A stretch of 60,830 nt of DNA from Planctomycetota bacterium. GTDB taxonomy: Bacteria > Planctomycetota > UBA11346. The translations under genes were made by a program, and so were the position numbers. The first letter of the stretch is position 1. The number at the start of each line of letters is the position of its first letter. Of the stretch, positions 34,355-44,070 are shown piece by piece. The stretch covers positions 1 to 60,830 of the forward strand of contig REDX01000164.1 of the NCBI GenBank assembly GCA_007695355.1, read 5' to 3'. The notes under the pieces were generated by a model that ran no database searches, was not told the DNA's origin, and saw only the letters and a program-made list of their open reading frames with translations.

Positions 34355-34576
34355 CGTAACTCCTGTGCTGCAATTTGGAGGAGTTGGCAGTGTGGTCTCC
34401 CCTTTCCTCTGTCAACAAGGGGCAATGTGGCATGGATAGAAGATGCAAGGTCTTACCCCTTCCAGCTTCCACAAAACTCAATCAAGGCCTCTAACACCTT
34501 CCAGTGAGGCCAGTAAACAACTGGAATTCACCATCGAACCGGCCATGCTCGGTTTGACAGCCACCAACGCCAGGAG

Positions 34577-35230
34577 ATGCCCATGCACCCATTCCGCGCC
34601 CTACTGATAACTGCCCTCTGCTGCAGCCCCCTGCTGGCCGCCGATGACGAGGCCGTCGCCGCCCTGGAAGGCGGCACCCCGCTGCCCGCGGGAGAACACC
34701 ACTTCACCTTCCCCAGCATTGCCAAGCAAAGCATTAGTTTCATCTCCGAGGCCGATGAGCGCATCGCTGGTGTCGTCGCCTTCTCTGGGGAAGCCGCCCT
34801 CGGCCATGCCACCTTTGATGTCAACGGCGGCAGTGGCAGCGCCTCGCTCAGCCTGGCAGTTGCCGATATGCGCACCGGTGACGCCACCCGCGACGAACAT
34901 ATGTGGAGCAGCGGCTGGCTCGATGCTGAAAACCATCCCACCATCACCTTTTCTGATGTCAGCTTGCGCCAGCGTTCGCCAACCGTATGGGAAGTTACCG
35001 GCACCTGGACGATCAAGGGCGTAAGCCGCGAGAAGACCAGCCTCGCCAATATCCGCTTTATCCCCACCTTCCCGCGCTTTGGCGAGAATATTGTGCGGGT
35101 GCGCACCAGCTTTGACATTCCAATCAAGGAATTCGGCATTACCAATGCAGCCGTGGGCACCCCTGCGGTGGCCGAAGTTTGGCAGATTGAAGTTACCCTG
35201 CTTGGTAAATTGGGCGCCAAAGAGGAATGA
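34577..35230 (+). CDS. YceI family protein
   Basis: Signal peptide; TG...RDEHM...WLDAENHPTITF; GTWTIKGVSR. Confidence 0.88.
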   Translation: MPMHPFRALLITALCCSPLLAADDEAVAALEGGTPLPAGEHHFTFPSIAKQSISFISEADERIAGVVAFSGEAALGHATFDVNGGSGSASLSLAVADMRTGDATRDEHMWSSGWLDAENHPTITFSDVSLRQRSPTVWEVTGTWTIKGVSREKTSLANIRFIPTFPRFGENIVRVRTSFDIPIKEFGITNAAVGTPAVAEVWQIEVTLLGKLGAKEE

Positions 35231-35739
35231 GCCGAGCCTCGCGCAGCTGTGGCATCGGCGCCCTGATAACCCTCGGCTTGTGCCTTTCCATCATCCCCCT
35301 GGCATGGTTATTTGACCGCGCCAGCGGGGTGACCGGCTGGGAAATGGCGGAGGTGGACAGCGAGATGCTGGCGGCAGCCAGCGAGGCCGAGGACCGTCAA
35401 TCCTTTCTCGATCTCTTTGGCTTTAGCGAGCGTGATCCGGTAAGCGAGCAGCTAAGCCTCATCGGCCGCACCGGGCCCTTCACCCAGCGCGGCCAAATGA
35501 CGCGCTTTGTTTGGGTTGCCCCAGAGCGGATAATCGATTCGCCCTTTGGCCCCCTCATCGTCTTTGACCGCAGCGCCGGCGAAGAGCTGCTGCAGGCGCA
35601 AAGCCTGCGCAATATTGCCCGCCTGACTACGGTGGCGATGGCCCTGCTCGCCAGCCTCCTCGCCATCGGCTGGCTGAGCTTACGGCGCCGCCGCCCAGCG
35701 ACGCATCGCAATGCTATCGATGGCAATCCGGCGGGGTAA
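35227..35739 (+). CDS. Hypothetical membrane protein (2 TM)
   Basis: ATGA-coupled to the YceI gene; two hydrophobic segments. Confidence 0.65.
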   Translation: MSRASRSCGIGALITLGLCLSIIPLAWLFDRASGVTGWEMAEVDSEMLAAASEAEDRQSFLDLFGFSERDPVSEQLSLIGRTGPFTQRGQMTRFVWVAPERIIDSPFGPLIVFDRSAGEELLQAQSLRNIARLTTVAMALLASLLAIGWLSLRRRRPATHRNAIDGNPAG

Positions 35740-36390
35740 ATCCACCAAGTAGCGGGTGGCCTCGGCGACGTCCTCGGGCTGAATCATCGCCTCGTCATCC
35801 AGATCCGGACGGGTTGCCCGTACCATATCCGTAGCCACCCCGCCGGGCATTATACAGGCAACGCGCACCCCAAAGGGTTGCGCCTCCGCGCAGAGAGACT
35901 TGGTAAACCCGGCAATCGCATGCTTGGAGGCAGTGTAGGCAGCCTGATTCGGGTAACCACGATGGGATACCACCGAGCCGATCGTAATAATCGTGCCCGC
36001 TTCAGCTAAGCGCATGTGGCGAAAGGCGGCGCGGCAACAGGCAAAGGTGCCCAATACATTGACCCGCATGATCTCCTCTAAAAGGCCATCGTCAGTGTCG
36101 ACAAAGGGGCGGTTGACAGCAATACCGGCATTGGCCACCAGGACATCTAAACGGCCGTGCCGAGCCACAATCTCTGCCACCAACTCATCAACCGCCGCAC
36201 TATCGGTCATATCACAAGCCCGGGGATGGGCCTCACAGCCGAATCCGCGCAGCTCCTCGGCCTGCTGGGTTAAGGGCTCCAGCCGCCGCCCACAACCATA
36301 GATCACGGTCCCTGGCGCCGCAAAATGGCGGGCGATGGCGGCACCGATGCCACTTCCAGCCCCGGTAATCAACATAATGCGCTCTGCCAT
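35680..36390 (-). CDS. Short-chain dehydrogenase/reductase
   Basis: TGAGSGIG, NAG, YTASK; start ATG 36390 or 36402. Confidence 0.92.
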   Translation of the reverse strand: MAERIMLITGAGSGIGAAIARHFAAPGTVIYGCGRRLEPLTQQAEELRGFGCEAHPRACDMTDSAAVDELVAEIVARHGRLDVLVANAGIAVNRPFVDTDDGLLEEIMRVNVLGTFACCRAAFRHMRLAEAGTIITIGSVVSHRGYPNQAAYTASKHAIAGFTKSLCAEAQPFGVRVACIMPGGVATDMVRATRPDLDDEAMIQPEDVAEATRYLVDLPRRIAIDSIAMRRWAAAP

Positions 36391-36527
36391 CTCTCTCCCC
36401 ATGCCACCCCCCTCCCGTCGCCAGCGCGAACAGCCAGCCCTGGACCTGTCAATGGCAGCGACAATGAACCCGCAGTCAAGCCCCTGCGTTTTGGCATGAG
36501 GAAAGCTAATGTCTAGGAGATCAGACC

Positions 36528-36691
36528 TCGTCGTCTGAGTCAAGCAGAGTGCAGCATATCCGCAGCCCCAGAATGCTGGATTCAAGGCGGGATGACGACG
36601 GTGTGGCAACGCCACAGCGAGGAAATCCCAACGCAGAAGACGGCGTTCCGCGGCAAGGATAGGTTGCAGGATTTCTAGCGCAGACCACTAG
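36528..36691. mobile_element. 164-bp MITE-like repeat, copy 2
   Basis: Same length and near-identical to 14521-14684. Confidence 0.8.
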
Positions 36692-36726
36692 GGCAGCCGC
36701 CACAGCGGCGATAGGTGAGGACAGCC

Positions 36727-37926
36727 ATGCAACATCGCTATTCGGTACAGGTCTCTTGGGAGATGCGCCTGCATTTTACCAATCAAACCTTCGCCCTCGA
36801 TAATGATTGCCTCCTGCGGGTACTCAGCGAAGGCGAACCACCGCCAAGTCAGCGCCCTCGGCGCTGCCTCATTTTCATCGATTCAGGTGCCCTTGCCGCC
36901 GATCCCGGCTTAAACGCCCGCATTCACGCCTGGTTTGCCCACCATGCCGAGGCCGGCATCCACCTTGCCGCCGAGCCACAAATCGTCAGCGGTGGCGAAA
37001 GCGCCAAAGATGGCCTCGCCATTGCCGAGCGGGTAGGCCGCTGCTGCCTCCAGCACGGCATCTGCCGTCACAGTTTTATCATCATTATTGGCGGCGGTGC
37101 TGTCCTCGATGCGGTGGGCCTGGGTGCCAGCCTGGTTCACCGTGGGGTTCGTCAAATTCGCATGCCCAGCACCGTGTTGGCCCAGGACGATGCGGGACTA
37201 GGGGTCAAGAATGGAGTCAATGCCTTCGGCAATAAAAACTTCTTCGGCACCTTCCAGCCACCCTGGGCGGTCATTAACGATGCGGCCTTTGTCGCCCTCT
37301 GTCCCGAACGCGAGCGTCGCTCCGGACTCGCCGAGGCGGTGAAAGTGGCAATTATCAAGGATGCGCGCTTTTTTAGCTGGCTGGCTGGGCACGCCCCGCA
37401 GTTGCTCGACCGCCAGCGTCCCGAGCTCCTCCAGCAGGCGATTCAGCGCTGCGCCGAACTGCACCTTGATCATATTACCGGTAATGGCGATCCCTTTGAA
37501 CAGGGCTCCTCCAGACCCCTGGATTTCGGCCACTGGTCGGCCCACTGCCTCGAGGTCCTCTCCCAGCACCGCCTCAACCATGGCGAGGCGGTGGCCATCG
37601 GCATCGCCATTGATTGCTGCTACGCCGTGGCCATCGGCGCCTTAAGCCAGCACGAATGTGCCGCCGTCCTCGACTGCCTCGAGACCATCGGCTTTCGCCT
37701 TTGGGACCAAGCCCTGCACCTACGCGACGCCCACGGCCAGCGCTGCATTTTCCAAGGCCTTCAGCAATTCCGTGAACATCTCGGCGGTGAATTAACCCTG
37801 GCCATGCCCCGCGGCCTAGGTGCACGCCAAGACATTGGGACCTACGATCTGCAACTTGCTGAACACGCCCTGCTGCAGTTGGCAAAACGCAGCAAGCAGC
37901 GGATCGGCCATCTTACTCAATCTTGA
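36727..37926 (+). CDS. 3-dehydroquinate synthase-like protein (EboD-type)
   Basis: GGE..K, GGGAVLDAVG, GVKNGVN, AEAVKVA, RPLDFGHWSAH, HGEAVAIG. Confidence 0.85.
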   Translation: MQHRYSVQVSWEMRLHFTNQTFALDNDCLLRVLSEGEPPPSQRPRRCLIFIDSGALAADPGLNARIHAWFAHHAEAGIHLAAEPQIVSGGESAKDGLAIAERVGRCCLQHGICRHSFIIIIGGGAVLDAVGLGASLVHRGVRQIRMPSTVLAQDDAGLGVKNGVNAFGNKNFFGTFQPPWAVINDAAFVALCPERERRSGLAEAVKVAIIKDARFFSWLAGHAPQLLDRQRPELLQQAIQRCAELHLDHITGNGDPFEQGSSRPLDFGHWSAHCLEVLSQHRLNHGEAVAIGIAIDCCYAVAIGALSQHECAAVLDCLETIGFRLWDQALHLRDAHGQRCIFQGLQQFREHLGGELTLAMPRGLGARQDIGTYDLQLAEHALLQLAKRSKQRIGHLTQS

Positions 37927-37999
37927 GCCAGCCCCCCCAAAAAAAAGATCGGTGACTGAATTCCCAGCAGTGACTTCTGCCGAGGGCTGCTAGACTGTC

Positions 38000-40801
38000 A
38001 TGAGCATGAGCACCGAGGACATCGCCCGCGCCGAAACGGTGGGCTTTTCGCAGATGGTCGTCCCGGCCAGTATGCTGGGCAAAGGCCATCGCATTGGCCC
38101 CTATGAAATCATCAGACCCCTCGGCCGTGGCGGGGTGGGAGTGGTCTATCATGCCCGCGTGATCGAGAGCTGCGCCCTGCCCGTGGGCCGCGAAGTAGCA
38201 CTGAAAGTCCTGCGTCAAGAACACCTCTCAGAGGCTGATCACCGACGCTTTACCAGGGAAGCTGCCTACCTTCAAGCCCTAAGCCATCATGGCATTACGC
38301 GAATCTATGACATCGGCGACTACCACGGCCGGCCCTATATGGTCATGGAATTAGTTGATGGACAGTGCCTTGACGACCTGCTTAACCGACGCGATAGCGC
38401 CGAACCCAGCGCCCTTGCCCCAGGCCATGCCTCTGATTTGGTTATCCAGGTACTCGAAGCTCTCCACGTCGCCCATATCGCCGGCATTACTCACCGCGAC
38501 CTGAAACCCGGTAATCTGATGATCACCCCGGCTGGCCAGGTGAAGGTTCTTGACTTTGGCATGGCGCAGCGAGTGGGCGGCGAAAGTCGCCTTACCGCTT
38601 CTGGATCCATCCTTGGCACCCCCGCCTATATGAGCCCCGAGCAAGCCCGGGGTCATCGCGAATGGATTGGCGCTCACTCCGACATCTACGCCATGGGTGC
38701 AGTGCTCTACGAATTGGTTACCGGCTACCAGCCCTTCCGCGCAGAAAATTCCGTGGCCGTCCTACGCGCGATTATTGAAGAACCCCTCACGCCCCCTTCA
38801 CAATTGGTACCCAATCTACCCGTCCACCTTGAGACCATCATTCTCACCAGCATGGCCAAGGATCCCAGAGACCGCTACCCAAGCGCTGAATCCATGGCCG
38901 AGGACCTGCGCCGCTTTCGCCGTGGCAATAAACCCCGAGCCCAGCGCATACCCTTCTATCGACCCTGGCTGCGGGCCGCCTATTACCACCGCAGTGTCAT
39001 TGCCACTTCTGGCCTAGTTCTTTTTGCCGTTTCCGCAGTGGCGACGGCTGCCATCGCTCAACCCTGGGCACAAGAAAAGCCCCCAGAGCTAACGCCCACG
39101 CCCATACTCATCGCCAATGATGCCCCGGACCCCTGGCTAACCAACTGGCAGCATCCAGAATCCCTTGGCGCCTCCATTACTGCCGCCGCTCGCTGGGATC
39201 AAGAACGGGCCCCTGGCCTTACCATTTTTACGCCGGTTCAACCCGATAATCGAGATCGTAGTATCACCGCAGAGTCCGATGTGCGCATACGCTTCACCGC
39301 CCAGCACCAACGAGGTGGCACACCCGCCCGGATCCTCTTTAGCGATCGCAGTCTCGGCCAAGGCTATAGCCTGGTACTTGGCGAAAACCTGCGCCTTAAG
39401 CGCCCGCGACTTGGTGAAAGTAGTCAGCAACTGGCCATTATCTCTAGCAACCCCTGGCCTGACGATGAACCGGAAACGATTTTCACCATAGAACGGCAAG
39501 GAAATGTCATTGAAGTTTATGCTCAATCGCCTCGATTGAACAACGGCCCCGCAAGCCTCGTCCTGCGCCACGTTGACCTGATCCCCCTCGAAGGATCCGA
39601 TCACAGCGGCATTCACTTCCTTATCCAACCGGATAGCACCGCCATTCGTCAAATCACCATTGAGCGACGACGGCGCTCGGAAATGGTTTCCCGCCTTGAA
39701 CTCGGCGACGCCCTGCGCCAGGACGGCCAATTTGTCCGCGCCGAGCGGTTTTACCGGGATTTCCTCCGCGATTTTCCTGATTCACCACGGGCCCGAGATG
39801 CTCGCTATCGCCGCGGCCTCTGCCTGAGCGCCCTAGGACGTCATAATGAAGCCCTCGAAGTCTTTCTTCAGGTGGCGGCCGAATCCGAAAATGACCCCCT
39901 CTACTCAGTTTCCGCAAGCTTTCAGGCCTGGCAATCCACCCTCAGACTAGGCCGACTCAGTGAGGCCGAACGCTACTTCGAATCAATTCGTTCGCGCTAC
40001 GATCTCGCTACGTTGCTTGCCTATGCCAGTGAAGACTTGATTAGCGCCCTACCCCAGCGCTATATCGACACTGCCCGCCAAGAAGGCCCGATTGACCCCT
40101 GGCGCGCCATTTCCCTCTTCGATACCGCCGCCGATATCGGCGAATACCTTCAATTAGTCCCGGTTCAAGCCGCTGCCCGCATTGGTGCCGCAGATATCCT
40201 AGCCAGCCTCGAACGCTGGGAGGAGGCAGAAGAGCGACTGCTGCAAATCTTGGCCAACGAACAGACAGGACGCCAAATACGGCTAGGGACCCTTGTTCGC
40301 CTGGCCCAAATGCAACGTCTACGCGAGGAGTATCAGGCTGCCGAAGCCACCTACCGCATCGCCCTGGAACTCGCCGATAATCCCCATGGAGATTTCGCAC
40401 AATGGACGCGATTATGGCTTTCTGATCTCCTTACCACTATGAATCGCCACACCGAAACCTATTCCCTATGGAATGATTTATCATCCTACGATTCGCTGGT
40501 TGGCGCCATCGCCCGCAACCTGCTTGGTCCATTAATCGACATGCCATTAGATGGCCCCCCCCATCGCATCAACGACATCGCTTACTTTAACGCCATTGCC
40601 GGAATCCTCGCCGGCAATCGGGATCGTTTTGAAGAATGGTTTCAAACCGCCCTTTCATTAAGTGAACCCTTCGAATGGCCCCAACTCCTGCTTGGCGACG
40701 CTTGGCAAAGCGAAGAACATCTCATGCAAACCTGGCATCGCTATCCTTCGCGCATCAATGTACGGGATCCTGAGATGGACGCTGGCTACCCTGTCGACTA
40801 G
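38000..40801 (+). CDS. Hanks-type Ser/Thr kinase with TM, lectin-like beta region and TPR repeats
   Basis: LGRGGVGVVY, VALK, HRDLKPGN, DFG, GTPAYMSPEQ; TPR-like FPDSPRARDARYRRG. Confidence 0.9.
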   Translation: MSMSTEDIARAETVGFSQMVVPASMLGKGHRIGPYEIIRPLGRGGVGVVYHARVIESCALPVGREVALKVLRQEHLSEADHRRFTREAAYLQALSHHGITRIYDIGDYHGRPYMVMELVDGQCLDDLLNRRDSAEPSALAPGHASDLVIQVLEALHVAHIAGITHRDLKPGNLMITPAGQVKVLDFGMAQRVGGESRLTASGSILGTPAYMSPEQARGHREWIGAHSDIYAMGAVLYELVTGYQPFRAENSVAVLRAIIEEPLTPPSQLVPNLPVHLETIILTSMAKDPRDRYPSAESMAEDLRRFRRGNKPRAQRIPFYRPWLRAAYYHRSVIATSGLVLFAVSAVATAAIAQPWAQEKPPELTPTPILIANDAPDPWLTNWQHPESLGASITAAARWDQERAPGLTIFTPVQPDNRDRSITAESDVRIRFTAQHQRGGTPARILFSDRSLGQGYSLVLGENLRLKRPRLGESSQQLAIISSNPWPDDEPETIFTIERQGNVIEVYAQSPRLNNGPASLVLRHVDLIPLEGSDHSGIHFLIQPDSTAIRQITIERRRRSEMVSRLELGDALRQDGQFVRAERFYRDFLRDFPDSPRARDARYRRGLCLSALGRHNEALEVFLQVAAESENDPLYSVSASFQAWQSTLRLGRLSEAERYFESIRSRYDLATLLAYASEDLISALPQRYIDTARQEGPIDPWRAISLFDTAADIGEYLQLVPVQAAARIGAADILASLERWEEAEERLLQILANEQTGRQIRLGTLVRLAQMQRLREEYQAAEATYRIALELADNPHGDFAQWTRLWLSDLLTTMNRHTETYSLWNDLSSYDSLVGAIARNLLGPLIDMPLDGPPHRINDIAYFNAIAGILAGNRDRFEEWFQTALSLSEPFEWPQLLLGDAWQSEEHLMQTWHRYPSRINVRDPEMDAGYPVD

Positions 40802-40894
40802 CAACAGGGCAATACAACGACAGGGGTTCGACCGCATCGAAATACTGAAACTTCAGAATCGCATGATTGCCATACCATTCGCAAGGGTCCAACG

Positions 40895-42280
40895 TCAGGA
40901 ATAGGCCTGGACAGAAATGGCGTCCACTGGTCGGACAATGTGGGCCGACCACCGCAATCCCTCGTATTCACGGTACCCTTGAGTACGAGAACTGCCTATG
41001 AGGTAGCGAATCTGGTCATGCAGCAAAAGTCCGGAACAACTAGCCCCGCGGTCTAAGCAGTGATGTTCATCGGCAATGCGCGGCTTCATGCCAACGGCGA
41101 AACGCTGTGGGTCAGTGGTTTCAATAATGATTCCATCGCGATTCGTGTAAAAGGCCGCTGCTCCTGGTATCGGTGACCCTAAGCGGTCCATCGGCAGGCA
41201 GGTGCGTAAAATAGTCTGCGCCTCGGTATCCCAATCAAAGAGAATGCCAAGGACGCCAATCGCCTCGCCCTGGCGCACGCCGTTGCGGCGTATGCCCCCA
41301 ACATAAATGAGGGAACGATCCTTGGTGCGTTCAAGGGGCGACTGCACCACGTCCTGAACCGCATATTCGCTGGAATCAGCAGTGCGCATGCCCGATTGAA
41401 ACCACTCGTGATCACTCACATTAAGCTTGCGCAATTCATTGCGCATTTCCAATCGCGAGCAGGCAACGATATCGCCATTACGATCCGCCAGCACCAGATT
41501 ACGATACATGGTGTAACTCGCATTAATCACCTTAAGACGCTTACTGGCGGCCTCATAAACATCCTCCCCCGGACTCTCCAAGGCTGACCAGAAGTATTGA
41601 TCGGTACTCCACCAGCGAATATCCGCAGCCCTTTCGAAAAGATTGCGATCGATAACGTCGATGGCCTGTTTTGAACTATTCTCCAATGCCCGAAGGTTCA
41701 TCTCGAGTTCACCAACGGCCATTTCAGCCAGGAGTTTTTCCATCATGCTCGTGGCAAAATCACCGGTCTTGGTGATTTGGTCAAAAATTGGCCCCAATGC
41801 CACCCCACGCTTGCCCAGTTTACTGGCAAAGACGATTCCGTTCAAGGAAATCAATTGGATAGATTCTTTATCGTCTTGAATTTTTATGTAAGTCTCTTTA
41901 TTCACATCCGGAATAATCTGCGAGTGCAGCAAATCCTCAGGCTGCAGCAAGCTCTTACTGGCATCCACTCGCTGACTAAAGATTGCTGATTTAGGCAAGA
42001 CAAGATGGCTATTCCAGCCCAGACCTGGATATTCGAGATAGCCATCCGTTTTCGCGGTGAAAATAGCAGAATCTTCGCCCTCAAAAATCAAGTAGTCATT
42101 AATTCGCTCACCCTTTGAGAGGCTCCGATGCCGACGTGGGAGATGGGCATAGGTTGATACCGGAACCACCGCGGGATCGCTGGAGCCAATAATGGTTCCC
42201 GTTCCATCGGTGAAAAAACTGTACCATCCATCCAATACTCGGCCCCGGGAATCAGTCGGCATGTAATCATCGAGGATCAT
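40895..42280 (-). CDS. C-terminal part of a frameshifted soluble Cache-domain chemoreceptor-like protein
   Basis: Contains an MCP-tip-like segment IQLISLNGIVFASKLGKRG, DRNLFERAADIRWW and a Cache-like module; continues the upstream ORF after a one-base shift. Confidence 0.7.
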   Translation of the reverse strand: MILDDYMPTDSRGRVLDGWYSFFTDGTGTIIGSSDPAVVPVSTYAHLPRRHRSLSKGERINDYLIFEGEDSAIFTAKTDGYLEYPGLGWNSHLVLPKSAIFSQRVDASKSLLQPEDLLHSQIIPDVNKETYIKIQDDKESIQLISLNGIVFASKLGKRGVALGPIFDQITKTGDFATSMMEKLLAEMAVGELEMNLRALENSSKQAIDVIDRNLFERAADIRWWSTDQYFWSALESPGEDVYEAASKRLKVINASYTMYRNLVLADRNGDIVACSRLEMRNELRKLNVSDHEWFQSGMRTADSSEYAVQDVVQSPLERTKDRSLIYVGGIRRNGVRQGEAIGVLGILFDWDTEAQTILRTCLPMDRLGSPIPGAAAFYTNRDGIIIETTDPQRFAVGMKPRIADEHHCLDRGASCSGLLLHDQIRYLIGSSRTQGYREYEGLRWSAHIVRPVDAISVQAYS

Positions 42281-42299
42281 CTGTGCCTCACCCTGGAAA

Positions 42300-43322
42300 T
42301 CAAAAAAACACACCCATGGCGCCCAAAGTCCGGCCGGCACTGTCGCCATTCTCCCGCACCGCAGTTGAATAGATCAGAGAATTGTCCTGATCTGGCTCGA
42401 CGTGACTTCCGCATAAATCCCGCACCGCATATTGTGTGGCATCTTTGGTCTGCATGGCATCAAGAAACCATGACTCGTCCGCCACCGAGGTTCCCAATAA
42501 GCCCTCTCGCGTTTGCTCATTGCTGCTCGCAACAATACATCCTTGCCTGTCTGTAATTACAAGATCACGATAAAGCGTGTAGCTATTGTTTATGTCTTCA
42601 AGGCGATCGCAGGCAAACCTCACTTTACCGCCAATATCTTCGCAGGCAGCGCGAAGCTTGGCGATCACATCCGTGGTGTCTTCAGTCAGCAGCAAACAAT
42701 TGTCTGCGTCGATGAGACAGTCAAGCGCTCCACGAAACCGGCTTAGATTTTCAGGGTTAGCGAGCTTACCAGCAGACACACCTGATTGCGATCGCAGGTA
42801 TTCGCAGGCCTTAACGACTGGGTCTGAAGCCCCTGGTTTAACTCCAATGGCTTCCGCAGACTGTAAAAGATTCGTTACCGCATCGAAAAGCGACAAGCAA
42901 TCAGCAAAGGCCGTTTCCAAACTCCACCAACGCACATCGCAAGTGCGTTCAAGTAAGTTACGGTCCAACAAATTGATTTTAATATAAGCCGTTGTCGAGA
43001 AGATACTCTTGCAGAAATCCTCTTTTGCCTGGTAAAACTGATCAAATAAGCGCTTCGTAACTCCAAGCAGTTGAAAAGAAAAGTTTTCGACCTTTTTCAT
43101 AAGGTCCGTGATTTGTTCTTGCTCGGTGACATTTTCGGATATTTCAACGGCGGTACATTTTCCCTGGTTACAAATCGGAAAAATCCCACTTAACTCTCCT
43201 ATAATTCGCTCATAAAATTCTCGGTGCTCATACGTGATCACGGGATTGAAAATCGAGAATTTTGCCGCCTCAGCGGCCATTACGGATGGAGAATCAGTGG
43301 GCTGTGTATCCATTGGCTTCAT
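42300..43322 (-). CDS. N-terminal part of a frameshifted soluble Cache-domain chemoreceptor-like protein
   Basis: DRNLLERTCDVRWW, YTLYRDLVITD, WF..AM; ends at TTT-TTT-TGA in the middle of the conserved G(V/I)xFD motif. Confidence 0.7.
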   Translation of the reverse strand: MKPMDTQPTDSPSVMAAEAAKFSIFNPVITYEHREFYERIIGELSGIFPICNQGKCTAVEISENVTEQEQITDLMKKVENFSFQLLGVTKRLFDQFYQAKEDFCKSIFSTTAYIKINLLDRNLLERTCDVRWWSLETAFADCLSLFDAVTNLLQSAEAIGVKPGASDPVVKACEYLRSQSGVSAGKLANPENLSRFRGALDCLIDADNCLLLTEDTTDVIAKLRAACEDIGGKVRFACDRLEDINNSYTLYRDLVITDRQGCIVASSNEQTREGLLGTSVADESWFLDAMQTKDATQYAVRDLCGSHVEPDQDNSLIYSTAVRENGDSAGRTLGAMGVFF

Positions 43323-43873
43323 GATTGTTCACCTCCTCCTGCTGGCAGGAGATCGTTTAAGATATTGAGTACTGATATTTCAGACAAAAATCCGTCTTCC
43401 AGTTCATAAACCGCAGTTATGAAGTCATGGCTGAGATTAGCCGGTGGCGGGTGGCGAACCGTCGAGCGCACTCGGTGCACCCGGTCCATACTGTCGACCA
43501 GCAAGGCTACCGGTTCATCAAAAGCCTGAATATTGAGCTCGGCCGCCTCCTGACATAGATGAAAGCGATCTTCCATTAACATCAAACGGCAACCATGGTC
43601 TTCGCGGCCAATTTTCATAATTCGACTGATATCCAAGTAATTTAGCGTGCCTGTCGATGGCGAGTGATCCGATTCCTCGCCACGATCGGCCAAACACAGC
43701 CGCAAGTCAATCACCGCAGCGCTGACCCCGCGCAGACTGATAATACCTGCCAAGCGACGATCGCTGCCCGGGACCGGGGTTATCGGCAAAGGACGCACAA
43801 TTTCTTCCACCGAAAATACCGGCACTCCATAGCGATAACCATTCACCATGAACCCACATATGTCCGCATTCAT
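43319..43873 (-). CDS. cheW: Chemotaxis coupling protein CheW
   Basis: F.V.GYRYGVPV..VEEIV, ITPVPG, GIISLRG, ALLVD. Confidence 0.85.
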   Translation of the reverse strand: MNADICGFMVNGYRYGVPVFSVEEIVRPLPITPVPGSDRRLAGIISLRGVSAAVIDLRLCLADRGEESDHSPSTGTLNYLDISRIMKIGREDHGCRLMLMEDRFHLCQEAAELNIQAFDEPVALLVDSMDRVHRVRSTVRHPPPANLSHDFITAVYELEDGFLSEISVLNILNDLLPAGGGEQS

Positions 43874-44070
43874 GCTTTACCCCTGCGGCTCTTCATTACC
43901 TGCTCCGCCAGACGATGGACGATGCCAATAAGATCATGTTTGTCTATCTTAACCGCATATTCATCAAATCCCGCCTTCAAACCTCGACGTCGAGATTCAT
44001 CGTCTGCCAGAGACGTTAATGCAAGAACGGGCAAATGACGAAGACCTGGATCGCCTTTAATTCGCTGAAC
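43870..44070 (-). pseudogene. cheA: Remainder of the CheA receiver domain beyond an in-frame TGA
   Basis: Same frame reads VQRIKGDPGLRHLPVLALTSLADDESRRRGLKAGFDEYAVKIDK...GKA* and ends in an ATGA overlap with cheW. Confidence 0.8.
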
